DNA from: an uncultured Chloroflexia bacterium
GTDB lineage: Bacteria > Chloroflexota > Anaerolineae > JAAEKA01
Assembly: GCA_963707275.1 (NCBI GenBank)
Contig: CAVPPH010000010.1
Location: forward strand, 44,764 to 108,763
Reading direction: 5' to 3'
DNA length: 64,000 bases
Below are positions 32,108 through 41,448 of this stretch, piece by piece; positions within the stretch are counted from its first letter, which is position 1, and every line of letters starts with the position of its first letter. Both the position numbers and the translations under genes were made by a program. Below the pieces are notes generated by a model that was not told where the DNA came from, ran no database searches, and saw only the letters and a program-made list of their open reading frames with translations.

Positions 32108-32299
32108 AACGTAATGCGTGATACGTACTGCGTAGCTTGTGGGTGGTTTGTCCAGTTGCCAGGCTCACCGATGGTGAAGAAGCATTGGCCCACAGATAGA
32201 AGGAGACGCAGATAGCCTGCGGCGCATTTCGTTACGCAACTCGCAAATCGCAATACGTAATTCGCAATACGTAACACGGAATACGCAATACGAGTTGAC

Positions 32300-33376
32300 A
32301 TGAAACCATCAATCAAGATCGCCGCGTCGTTACTCGGCGTCGGCGCGGTTGCCGCCGCCGGAACGCTGGCCTATGCACGCTGGGTCGAGCGGCTGCGCGT
32401 CGATGTGCGGCGAATGTCAGCCGAGGTCGACGCGCCGGGCTTGCCGGCCGGTGGGCTGCGGATTCTGCATCTGTCGGACATGCATTTCACCGGCAGTGGT
32501 CAGATCGAGCGCTGGAAGATCGACCGCACGCTGAACTTGCTGGCCGGCGAGCAGTTCGACCTGCTGCTGGTAACTGGGGACCTGATCCACGACGACCGTG
32601 GGCTGCCGGCCGCGCTGGAGTTGCTGGCCCGCCTTCCGCAGCCGCGGCTGGGCGCGTTCGCCTGTCTGGGCAACCACGACTACGCAACCTATAGCTGGCT
32701 GGGACCGGCGCGGGTTGCCTGGCGCGAGGCTGAACCGGGGCAGGAACTGCGCGACGCGTCGCTGCGCACCTTCGAGATGATGACGCGCATCTTCCGCAAC
32801 GACAAGCTGTATCTGGGGCAGGAACACAACGACATCGAGGCGCTGAAGCAGGCGCTGGCGGACCAGGGTGTCACGGTTCTTGACAACAGCAGCGTCCGCT
32901 TGACAGGTAATAACGGCGACATCTGGCTTGCAGGCGTAGACGATCTGATGGAAGGCACGCCAGACGTCGAAGCGGCGCTGGCCGGTGCGCCGCTTGACGA
33001 CAGCGACGCGCTGCGCATTTTGCTCTTCCACAACCCGGACCACATGCTTGATCCGCGACTGCAAACGTTCGACCTGGCCTTCGGCGGCCACGTCCACGGC
33101 GGGCAGGTGCTTATCCCCCTGTTGGGCGCACTACATACACAGGGCACCCACGTCTCGCGCCGGCGCACGCACGGCTGGTTTCAGTACGGTGAGGCAAAGA
33201 CCTACATCGGGCGAGGTTTGGGTGAAGGGGTGCGGTTGCGCTTCCGCTGCCGGCCGGAAGTTGCGCTGATCGAAGTCACGCTGTCAGAGTGGGATCGCCC
33301 ACCTCTGGCGATTTCGACGAGTCGTCCCCAGGCTGCCACGAATGGCAGAGCCGCTCGGCCGGCGCGGGCCGGTTGA
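32300..33376 (+). CDS. Membrane-anchored metallophosphoesterase (calcineurin-like)
   Basis: LRILHLSDMHF, LVTGDLIHDD, CLGNHDY, GGHVHGG motifs. Confidence 0.8.
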   Translation: MKPSIKIAASLLGVGAVAAAGTLAYARWVERLRVDVRRMSAEVDAPGLPAGGLRILHLSDMHFTGSGQIERWKIDRTLNLLAGEQFDLLLVTGDLIHDDRGLPAALELLARLPQPRLGAFACLGNHDYATYSWLGPARVAWREAEPGQELRDASLRTFEMMTRIFRNDKLYLGQEHNDIEALKQALADQGVTVLDNSSVRLTGNNGDIWLAGVDDLMEGTPDVEAALAGAPLDDSDALRILLFHNPDHMLDPRLQTFDLAFGGHVHGGQVLIPLLGALHTQGTHVSRRRTHGWFQYGEAKTYIGRGLGEGVRLRFRCRPEVALIEVTLSEWDRPPLAISTSRPQAATNGRAARPARAG

Positions 33377-33611
33377 AGTGCGGCGAGTTTGGCGCGCGGC
33401 AATAGGTGTGCAGCCGGGTGACCTGACCGTCGCCGTTGCTGCGAAAAGCATCGGCAAAGGCACAGTTGTCACACGAGCTGCCGCGCAGGCGCAGCCATAC
33501 AATATGTAATCGAGACATGATACGTTAGCGACCTCATCGGTCAACCGCTTCGACAGGAATTATATCTGCCGTCCCTGGTTTGTCCAGCCATCCAGCCAGA
33601 AGGAGCATCTC

Positions 33612-34808
33612 ATGGCGATCCACAACCTCCAGATCACGCAGCTCGACCCCAACAAAGCCTCGGACCGCAGCCGCCTGGTCAAGTTCGTGTTCAAGCTGTA
33701 CAAGAATGATCCCTACTGGGTGCCCCCGCTGATCGGCGACCGCAAGAAGTTTCTCGACCCACAGAAAAATCCCTCGTTCGAGTATCTCAAGGTCGCCTAT
33801 TTCGTGGCCGAGGCGGTAGTCATCCCCGAGAACAAGCCCAAGGGAACCATCACAGGCGGCATGGAGCAGGATGTGGGCATCATCGCTGCGGTGATCAATC
33901 CGCGCCACAACGAGACGCACGGCGACAAGATCGGTTTCTTTGGCTTGTTCGAGTGCATCAACAGCCACGAGGTGGCCGATGCGCTGTTGGACGCCGCGGC
34001 AGGCTGGCTGCGCGGGCAGGGCCACGTTGCCATGCGCGGTCCGGTGACATTCACCATGACCGACGAAGTCGGCCTGCTGGTGGACGGCTTCAACGACGAG
34101 CCGCGTATCCTGATGCCATACAACCCGCCTTATTATCCTGAGATGCTGGAGGCACACGGGTTGAAGGGAGTTATGGACTTGTACGCCTGGAAATGGGACA
34201 TGGTTGCACAGTACGAAGGCAAGGCCGAGAACCTGCCGCCGAAGCTGGTGCGCGTCATGGAGAAGCTCAAGCAGCGCGGCAACCTGACGCTGCGCAAGAT
34301 GGACATGAAGGACTTCGACAACGAAGTCGAGAAGGTCAAGATCATCTACCGGGCAGCGTGGGAAGCCAATTGGGGTGCGGTGCCGATCACTGACCATGAA
34401 TTGGACCATTACGCGGCCGACATGAAACAGATACTGGACCCCGATCTGGTCTTCTTCGTGGAAATCGAAGGTGAGACCATCGGCATGTCTCTAACCCTGC
34501 CTGATGCCAACTTCGTGCTGAAGAAGATGAAGGGCCATGTCTTCCCCTTTGGCATCATCCAGGCGCTGCGCTACCAGAACAAGATCAACTGGGGACGGGT
34601 CTGGGCGCTGGGCGTGTTGCCCGAGTATCGCCATCTCGGCGCGGACGGCGTCATGATCTATGAGACAGCCAAGTCCGCGATGGAGAAGGGCTACCGCTAC
34701 ATGGAGGCGAGCTGGATTCTTGCCGACAATCTCGACATGAACCGGCTCATCGAGAATCTGGGCGCGCAGCTCTATAAGACCTATCGGGTGTTTGAGATGG
34801 AGTTGTAA
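33612..34808 (+). CDS. ~400-aa GNAT-superfamily acyltransferase-like protein
   Basis: C-terminal GNAT CoA-binding motif VLPEYRHLGADGVM. Confidence 0.45.
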   Translation: MAIHNLQITQLDPNKASDRSRLVKFVFKLYKNDPYWVPPLIGDRKKFLDPQKNPSFEYLKVAYFVAEAVVIPENKPKGTITGGMEQDVGIIAAVINPRHNETHGDKIGFFGLFECINSHEVADALLDAAAGWLRGQGHVAMRGPVTFTMTDEVGLLVDGFNDEPRILMPYNPPYYPEMLEAHGLKGVMDLYAWKWDMVAQYEGKAENLPPKLVRVMEKLKQRGNLTLRKMDMKDFDNEVEKVKIIYRAAWEANWGAVPITDHELDHYAADMKQILDPDLVFFVEIEGETIGMSLTLPDANFVLKKMKGHVFPFGIIQALRYQNKINWGRVWALGVLPEYRHLGADGVMIYETAKSAMEKGYRYMEASWILADNLDMNRLIENLGAQLYKTYRVFEMEL

Positions 34809-34901
34809 GGGAGAGGGAAAGGAAAAGAGGAAACGGAGGGAATGGAAGGAAACCGGATGCCTGTGCTGCCGATTCTTGTGTGCGGGCCTCACGCGTCCGG
34901 C

Positions 34902-35393
34902 TTACGACTGTTCGCGGAGGATTCGTAGCGCTGTCTCGACCGCCCCTGCGGCCGTGGCGGCGTGATGGATTGGCAATGGCTGGCCGCTGCCGTCAACTGC
35001 CTGCCAGGTGTTGATGCCGACCACCGGGCGTCCGAATTTACAGGCGAACGCGATCTCCGACAGCGTGCCATACTCGCCGCCAACCGCGATGACGGCCTGG
35101 GCCGTGCGCATCAGCACGGTATTGCGCGCCTCGCCCAGCCCGGTGACAACCGGCAGCGCCACCCACGGATTGGCATCGCGGGCGTCTTCACCCGGCAGGA
35201 TGCCGACCACAAGTCCGCCAGCTTGCGCCGCGCCACGGCTGGCTGCTTCCATCACCCCGCCGCGCCCGCCGGTCAGCAACACCGCGCCGGCCGATGCCAG
35301 CAGCCGACCCACCTCCTCCGCGATGGTTGCCTCCGTTTCGCTGCACGCCCCGCCGCCGATAACGGCCACCCGCGGCCCGATTGTGACCCTCAT
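34902..35393 (-). CDS. TIGR00725/LOG-family Rossmann-fold protein
   Basis: VAVIGGG...GLVVGILP...PVVTGLGEARN...AVIAVGGEYGTLSE pattern. Confidence 0.65.
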   Translation of the reverse strand: MRVTIGPRVAVIGGGACSETEATIAEEVGRLLASAGAVLLTGGRGGVMEAASRGAAQAGGLVVGILPGEDARDANPWVALPVVTGLGEARNTVLMRTAQAVIAVGGEYGTLSEIAFACKFGRPVVGINTWQAVDGSGQPLPIHHAATAAGAVETALRILREQS

Positions 35394-35983
35394 TCGTCAG
35401 TTCCGCTCAGCCTGGCTCGCGCCAGAGCCGTATGGACTGCGCCACCGGGACGCAGGTCGCTTTGAAACAGGACCACCTCTGCAATAGGTACGGTTCCCAG
35501 CAATCCCACCTCGATTTGAGCAAGCGCGGCAGCCAACTTCTCCCGATCGCCGCTCGAAATATTCTTGTTGACCCGACCTAGCGTCAAGTGTGGCGAGAAG
35601 CGACGCTTTTCCTTTTCATAGTCCAGCCGCGTTAGCTGCAGGTCAACCGCGCGCTGCAAACCGGCCAGCGCCTTCGGCGCGTCCGGCACGCCAACCCATA
35701 GCACGCTGGCGCGCCGCGGGTTAGGAAAGCAGCCGAAGCCCGCGACGGTTAAGCTGAAAGGCGCAAAACCGCCTGCCGCCGTGGCCATCGCCTGCGCGAT
35801 GGGATCGACCCGGTCAGCCGGTGTGTCCCCCAGAAATTTCAACGTCAGGTGAATGCCGTCAGGATTCGTCCAGCGGACTGCCTTCGGCGGCACGACCCGA
35901 CGCAAATCCGCCTGGACGCTGGCCAGAGCCGTGCGCACGTCAGCAGTCAGTTCAATGGCGATAAACAGACGAAGGGACTGCAT
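35390..35983 (-). CDS. thpR: RNA 2',3'-cyclic phosphodiesterase (2H phosphoesterase)
   Basis: Two H-x-T-x motifs: IHLTLKFLG and PHLTLGRV. Confidence 0.8.
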   Translation of the reverse strand: MQSLRLFIAIELTADVRTALASVQADLRRVVPPKAVRWTNPDGIHLTLKFLGDTPADRVDPIAQAMATAAGGFAPFSLTVAGFGCFPNPRRASVLWVGVPDAPKALAGLQRAVDLQLTRLDYEKEKRRFSPHLTLGRVNKNISSGDREKLAAALAQIEVGLLGTVPIAEVVLFQSDLRPGGAVHTALARARLSGTDE

Positions 35984-36009
35984 GACGTATGACGTATGAC
36001 AAGCTACGT

Positions 36010-37221
36010 CTAGGGTTGCCAGACAGGTGAACCGTCACGGAACGGATTGTTTGTCACGTTCTGTTCACTTGTCCCGTCTACCTTCATCACGTAGATATCA
36101 CTCTGGCGGCCATCGTAGTCTACATAGGCGATTCTGGAGCCGTCCGGCGACCAAACGGCGTTTCCCCTCCAGTTTGGCGAAGGTGCGTTCAGGTGAGTCA
36201 GTCCGGAACCGTCGGCATTCATAAGAGCAATGCTTGTAAGAGTATGGCTGCTGCTGAAAGCCGTAAAAGCGATTTGGTCTCCATCTGGCGACCATGCCGG
36301 AAAATCATCCCAACCCAGTCGATGCGTGAGATTCTCTAGCCCGGTTCCATCGGCATTCATGAGACAGATCTCAAAGTCGTCATTGACAAGCGCAACAAAG
36401 ACGATCTTGGTTCCATCTGGCGACCAGGCACTACTGTGGGCTGACACGTAAGCAAAAGGCAGTTCCGCCGTAAGATTGGTGAGTTCACTCCCGTCCGTCT
36501 TAACAACATAGACATAGCTGGCGCTGTCCTGGTAAGAGGAATAGGCCAGTTGGGTACTGTCAGGTGACCAACTGGGCACAGAATTACATGCCGAACCGGT
36601 CGTTAGTCTGGTCAGGGCGGTGCCATCAGCGTTTATGACATAAACATCGCAAACGTCGCCTCCATAGATAAGATCCAAGGCGAGTTTGGTTCCGTCGGGT
36701 GACCATACCAATGTGCCTCCCCATCCTAACCCACCCCTAAGCAGCGTCAGACCTTGGCCTTCAGCTGTCGCAAGGTAGATTGCATAGTCGCGCGTGTCAT
36801 AGTTGTAGGAGGTAAAAGCTACCTTGGTTCCGTCTGGAGACCAGGTAGGATGCAGATCCAGAGCATTAGGGTTATTAGAGAGGTTTGCCAAACCCGTTCC
36901 GTCGACGCGAACGGTGTATATATCCTCGTTGCGATACTGAGGACTGGGACGGTCCGAAACGAAAGCCAGTCGCCTTACAGAAGGTTGCGAGTTTACCACC
37001 GGCATCCACACTGTGAAGACGAAAGTATCCGAGATTGCCGGCCTGGCATTGGAGGAAACTCGAGCACCAGCTTCAGGCAGTTCTTGAAGCAAATTGAAAC
37101 CGCGACGTCCGTCAGACAAGGCACTTCCACCGACGAAAAGATACAGCGCCAGCAGCAAACCAACCGAGAACACGAATGGGCCAATCAATTTGGGACCTGG
37201 TCGAACATGCTGATCTTGCAT
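36010..37221 (-). CDS. TolB-like beta-propeller (PD40/WD40-like repeats) protein with N-terminal TM; lower GC than flanks
   Basis: Repeated WSPDG(T/S)K(L/I/V)AF...IY.(M/I)NADG motifs; local GC ~50% vs ~68%. Confidence 0.7.
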   Translation of the reverse strand: MQDQHVRPGPKLIGPFVFSVGLLLALYLFVGGSALSDGRRGFNLLQELPEAGARVSSNARPAISDTFVFTVWMPVVNSQPSVRRLAFVSDRPSPQYRNEDIYTVRVDGTGLANLSNNPNALDLHPTWSPDGTKVAFTSYNYDTRDYAIYLATAEGQGLTLLRGGLGWGGTLVWSPDGTKLALDLIYGGDVCDVYVINADGTALTRLTTGSACNSVPSWSPDSTQLAYSSYQDSASYVYVVKTDGSELTNLTAELPFAYVSAHSSAWSPDGTKIVFVALVNDDFEICLMNADGTGLENLTHRLGWDDFPAWSPDGDQIAFTAFSSSHTLTSIALMNADGSGLTHLNAPSPNWRGNAVWSPDGSRIAYVDYDGRQSDIYVMKVDGTSEQNVTNNPFRDGSPVWQP

Positions 37222-37407
37222 TGGTACGCCTCAATGGTGGACCATTGTTCGGACAGTCATTCGAACTATCTGAAAACTGGCTTAAGGTGTTCAGTCATCA
37301 ATAGTCCCAGCAACTATATACTAGCACGCAAGCTCTTCGTGCGCAAGGCATTGCGCAGTTCCTTGTAGCGGCGAACACCTGTAGGCGTTTGTGAACCCAA
37401 CCGGATA

Positions 37408-38736
37408 TCATGCGTATCGACTCACATCCGCTCTGGGAAAGGGCACCCGCTGGAACTCGTGCAGCCGCGTGCAACCGTCGGACTGATCCCACGGGATGGT
37501 CGCGTCCAGAGCCATCTTGGCGCTGCGGCTTTTCTGGCCGGGAACGTGGGTCGCCGACGGGTCCAGCGATGATGAAGGTTGGTCCTCCCACAGCATCAGA
37601 TCGCGGTCGGCCTGGAAGCGCGTCGCAATCGCCCACTCCACGTCGTGCGGGTCGTAGAGGTCGATGTCGTCGTCCACCACCACGACATGCTTCAGCGATC
37701 CGTGGCCTTGGAATGCTGCTTCAGCCGCCTTGCGCCCATCGTCAGCGTGCTGCTTGTCGATCTGCACCACAGCATGTAGCCACGACGCGCCGCCCGGTGT
37801 GATGCTGACGTTGCGGCAGGTGCAGACGGCGTTGACCGCGGCATAGATGCTCGGCTCGCGTGGCATGCCCATCAGCAACTTGTGCTCCAGCATTCCCGGC
37901 AGCAGGGCGTGGTAAATGGCGTCGCGGCGGTGGGTGATGCAGTCGATCTCGATCACCGGCTGCTGACGCACGATGTCCCAGGTCTCGGTCAGATCGACAA
38001 ACGGCCCTTCGGCCACGGTGCGATGCGTGATCCGCCCTTCCAGCACGAACTCGGCCTCGGCCGGCACATGCAGGTCGTTAGTAAGACACTGGACCACCGG
38101 CGTTGGCGCCAGCGCGTTGGCGATGGACAGCTCGTCTACACCGGGCGGCGGCGCCATGCTGGCCGCCAGAAGAACGTGCAGCGGCAGGCCGATGCAGATG
38201 GCAACCGGCAGATCGCCGGGCGTCTTCATGCGCGCGCTGTCAGTGCCGCGCCGCTCGACGATTCTTGCGGCGAGGTGGGTCGCGTCCAGCCGCAGGCAGC
38301 GGTGAAAACTGACGTTGGGCCCGCTGTCGGGGTCGTTGACGATGGCGATGGCAGCCGTCGCATACGGTCCGGCGTCGTCCGTGTAGTGTGTCAGGAAAGG
38401 GATGCGTCGCAGGTCCGGCGGCGACATCACCACTTGCTGACAAGGCGCGTCGGAGCCAGCGACCAGCGGCGGCGGCTGTGGAGCTGCGTAGGCGTCAGCG
38501 AGTCGAAAGACCAATTCATCGACCTGACAACCCAGCGCCAGCGCGAAATAGCGCCGATCCGAGCACTGGCCCGACAGCACCCGAAACTCGCTGCCCGCCA
38601 CGTCGTTGAACAGCACCGGCCGCCCGTCCAGCGCCGCAATCACCGGCGCCATCTCCAGCCGCGGATTGACTGCCTTGTCGATCTCTGCCAGAAAGCCCAG
38701 CGTCTGAGATTGGTTGATGAACTCACGTAGTGTCAT
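37408..38736 (-). CDS. UbiD-family (prFMN-dependent) decarboxylase
   Basis: 442-aa ORF with UbiD-family conservation throughout. Confidence 0.8.
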   Translation of the reverse strand: MTLREFINQSQTLGFLAEIDKAVNPRLEMAPVIAALDGRPVLFNDVAGSEFRVLSGQCSDRRYFALALGCQVDELVFRLADAYAAPQPPPLVAGSDAPCQQVVMSPPDLRRIPFLTHYTDDAGPYATAAIAIVNDPDSGPNVSFHRCLRLDATHLAARIVERRGTDSARMKTPGDLPVAICIGLPLHVLLAASMAPPPGVDELSIANALAPTPVVQCLTNDLHVPAEAEFVLEGRITHRTVAEGPFVDLTETWDIVRQQPVIEIDCITHRRDAIYHALLPGMLEHKLLMGMPREPSIYAAVNAVCTCRNVSITPGGASWLHAVVQIDKQHADDGRKAAEAAFQGHGSLKHVVVVDDDIDLYDPHDVEWAIATRFQADRDLMLWEDQPSSSLDPSATHVPGQKSRSAKMALDATIPWDQSDGCTRLHEFQRVPFPRADVSRYA

Positions 38737-38753
38737 GAAGTACCTCGGATGAT

Positions 38754-39774
38754 TGACTCACAGATGGAAAGAAACACAGATGGCTTTCAATGGGTTGTCG
38801 AGTTAGTCGGGTGAGATGCCGTAGATTTGAAGCTGGTTCTTGCCGAAGTTTACAACCACACCCAGCCGCAAGCACAGGTTATTCATGAACGTCTTGGTGC
38901 GGGCGAACTCGTATTTGGGCGGAAACAAGGTCAGTGCACCGACATTGACCAGTACTGTGTCAGCAACCAGCAGGTGATCACCGATGTGCTGGCTCAGCGG
39001 CTCACCATGCAGGCTCGCTTGAAGCTGAACGTCCGAACGACAGGGAATCCCGTTGCATTCCAGTTCCACAGCAAGTGCTCGCCTGAAAGTAGTGGCTGGA
39101 TATCCCAGCTCATGTTGCTGGTAGACCTGAAGAATGCTGTCTCGCACTCTGACAAGAATCGTTCGGTCCCACCTGTTGTGCACTGGTTTGATCTCGTCAT
39201 AGTGCTCAAAAACATCAGGTTCTGGCTCTTGCCACACCACACGCTTGATCTCAGCACTTAACGGCCCAAAATTGACGAGCAATCCGAGCTTCTTTTGCCA
39301 CAGCTTCAGATAACGAATGATCTGGGCAAAGTGTGCTGGAGCAAAGCTGGTAAACGGCAGGACCTTGAGTTCGAGTATGAGGAGGTCCCACAGGATGAGG
39401 TCGCATTCGAACACATCAACGTCAACACCTCGATGCCTTAATGCAAGCCGAGGCTTGGACACGTATGGAATGCTTCTCGCCTCTACCAGGCGAATCAACC
39501 CCTGATGATAGGCCTCTTCGGGCCAACCGATCTTCAATGCGTTATGGGTGTCGAATATCAGCCCTCGCGCCTCGTAGCTCAACTTATTCAGATGCTCATC
39601 GCGCATGGCCCCTCCAAAAACCCATCTGCGAGTCACCTCCGCCTCCAACCGGCCAACGACACGCCCCCTCCAAAAACTCATCTGTGTTTCTTTCCATCTG
39701 TGAGTTAACTCCGCCTCGATCCGGCCAACGACACTACCAAAAGGAAATCAGTGTTTCTTTCCATCTGTGAGTCA
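38754..39774 (-). mobile_element. ~1-kb low-GC insertion bounded by 24-bp inverted repeats, carrying a tandem GxxExxY/PD-(D/E)xK-like gene
   Basis: TGACTCACAGATGGAAAGAAACAC at 38754-38777; reverse complements GTGTTTCTTTCCATCTGTGAGT(T/C)A at 39684-39707 and 39751-39774; three degenerate ~65-bp tandem units at right end; GC drop. Confidence 0.55.
38803..39681 (-). CDS. Tandem GxxExxY-family (PD-(D/E)xK nuclease-like fold) protein
   Basis: Two ~140-aa halves; first with GWPEEAY (GxxExxY) and LLVNFG, second with GYPATTF and VVVNFG. Confidence 0.6.
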   Translation of the reverse strand: MSFWRGRVVGRLEAEVTRRWVFGGAMRDEHLNKLSYEARGLIFDTHNALKIGWPEEAYHQGLIRLVEARSIPYVSKPRLALRHRGVDVDVFECDLILWDLLILELKVLPFTSFAPAHFAQIIRYLKLWQKKLGLLVNFGPLSAEIKRVVWQEPEPDVFEHYDEIKPVHNRWDRTILVRVRDSILQVYQQHELGYPATTFRRALAVELECNGIPCRSDVQLQASLHGEPLSQHIGDHLLVADTVLVNVGALTLFPPKYEFARTKTFMNNLCLRLGVVVNFGKNQLQIYGISPD

Positions 39775-40710
39775 AATCCGCCTCGGCGCAACGACCGTCA
39801 CAACGACTCTGCGCGCGCCAGCAGCCGACAAAGCTGCCACCAGCGGCTCGGCCTCGTCGTCGCGCGCCAGCGCGATCATGTTACCGCCGCGGCCACCGCC
39901 GCTGAGCTTGGCACCCAGCGCGCCGGCTTCTCGCGCCGTGATGCACAGCCGGTCCAGCTCCGGGCTGGAAACGTTCATCTGCTGCAACAGCGCGTGGTTC
40001 TCGTCCATCAAACGGCCCAGCGCGCCGGTGTCGCCGATCTGGATCGCGTCACGGGCTGCCACCACGATATGGCCCACAGCGTCAAACAACGCCTCGTAAC
40101 GCGCCGGCTCAGCCTGCCAGCCGCGGCGCACATCGCCCACAGTGACGCTGGTCGGGCTGGCAATGCCGGTGTCGCCGATCACCAGCGTGACGGGCCGGGC
40201 GACGGCGAACGGCTCCGGCGGCTGGCCGCGCACGAACCAGACCGGCTGCTCGTAAGCCACCACGGTGTTGTCGATGCCGCTGGGCGTGCCGTGAAACAGT
40301 CGCTCACTCTCGAACACCAGCGCCGATATCTCTGAGGCGGTCAGGAACCGGCCCGCGGCAGCAGCGATAGCGCGCACGATCGCGGTGGCCGCCGCCGCGC
40401 CGCTGCCCAGCCCGCTGCTAACCGGAATCGTGCTGCGCAGGATGATATGCCAGTCCGGCGTGGCAATTTCCAGGGCATCCAACGTCGTTCGCGTCACAAG
40501 CGCCAGCGGCTGCATGGTCGGCTCGCCGGTCACCGGCACGGTCTGACCGATGTCGTGCAAATCCAGCACGCAGCCGCTGCCGGGCGTCCCTGGCGTGACT
40601 GTCGCCGTCGCCGTAAGCTGGCTGACCGGCGCAGCGATAGCCGGTCGCCCGTAGACCACCGCGTGCTCGCCGAAGAGAATGATCTTGCCCGGTGCGCTGC
40701 CAGTCTTCAT
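39772..40710 (-). CDS. mvk: Mevalonate kinase (GHMP kinase)
   Basis: GKIILFGEHAVVYG N-terminus; PVSSGLGSGAAAA ATP motif; KLSGGGRGG. Confidence 0.8.
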   Translation of the reverse strand: MKTGSAPGKIILFGEHAVVYGRPAIAAPVSQLTATATVTPGTPGSGCVLDLHDIGQTVPVTGEPTMQPLALVTRTTLDALEIATPDWHIILRSTIPVSSGLGSGAAAATAIVRAIAAAAGRFLTASEISALVFESERLFHGTPSGIDNTVVAYEQPVWFVRGQPPEPFAVARPVTLVIGDTGIASPTSVTVGDVRRGWQAEPARYEALFDAVGHIVVAARDAIQIGDTGALGRLMDENHALLQQMNVSSPELDRLCITAREAGALGAKLSGGGRGGNMIALARDDEAEPLVAALSAAGARRVVVTVVAPRRI

Positions 40711-40887
40711 GCTGCGAGTATAACACAGGAATCACGACTGGCGGAACCAAGGGTGAAGGAGGAGTCAGGCATCCGCAGATGCCAGGCAGCAACAACGTGT
40801 CATTGCCGCGCAGTTACGATGCCGGGTTTGCGGGGGCGATGTCCATCACCGGTCAGGAAGGGCAGATTGAACACCAACGTTCGAGCC

Positions 40888-41448
40888 TCACACAGGTTCA
40901 AGACAGCGGTGCGGCTCCGGCGGAAGCTCGACGCGGATCGAGTTGCCGGCGCGCACGTCGCCGCTGACAATGACGACCGCCATCACGCCCGCCTTGCGAA
41001 CGAGGTTGCCATCCCGGTCGCGATCCAGCACGGCTGCCAACAAGCCAGGTTGGAAATCGTCCAGTTGGTAACAGGGATTGCGCAGGCCGGTGATCTCGAC
41101 GACCGCGGCGTCGCCCAGAGTTAGCCGCGCGCCGGTTGGCAAGGCCAGCAGATCAACGCCCCTGGTCGTGACGTTCTCTCCCATCTGCCCAGGCGCGACC
41201 TGGAAACCCGCCGCGCACAGTTCCTCATGCAGCTCGCTATGGATCAAATGCACCTGGCGCAGGTTGAGTTGCTCTGGATCGCGCGTCATGCGCGACCGAT
41301 GTTTGACCGTCGTGCCTGCGTGTACGTCACCCTCGACACCCAACCCTGCCAGCAGGGCAATACTTGCCCGGTTCGGCTTGCTGAAGGTGTATGAACCGCT
41401 GCTGCTTACCGCAATCACCGTTCCATCCGCCTGTTCATATGCCGTCAT
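40888..41448 (-). CDS. MOSC domain-containing protein
   Basis: GENVTTRG... and overall YiiM-like MOSC pattern. Confidence 0.65.
   Translation of the reverse strand: MTAYEQADGTVIAVSSSGSYTFSKPNRASIALLAGLGVEGDVHAGTTVKHRSRMTRDPEQLNLRQVHLIHSELHEELCAAGFQVAPGQMGENVTTRGVDLLALPTGARLTLGDAAVVEITGLRNPCYQLDDFQPGLLAAVLDRDRDGNLVRKAGVMAVVIVSGDVRAGNSIRVELPPEPHRCLEPV

Noticed and set aside
33276-33518. 80-aa minus-strand ORF with CxxC motif and an upstream GAGGT
   Set aside because: It overlaps the 3' tail of the metallophosphoesterase ORF, has no recognisable domain and an incomplete zinc-ribbon pattern. Insufficient support to call a gene.
39609-39807. Considered CRISPR-like array for the three ~65-bp degenerate units
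   Set aside because: No spacers. Units contain the terminal inverted repeat of the adjacent element, so they are better explained as duplicated element termini.
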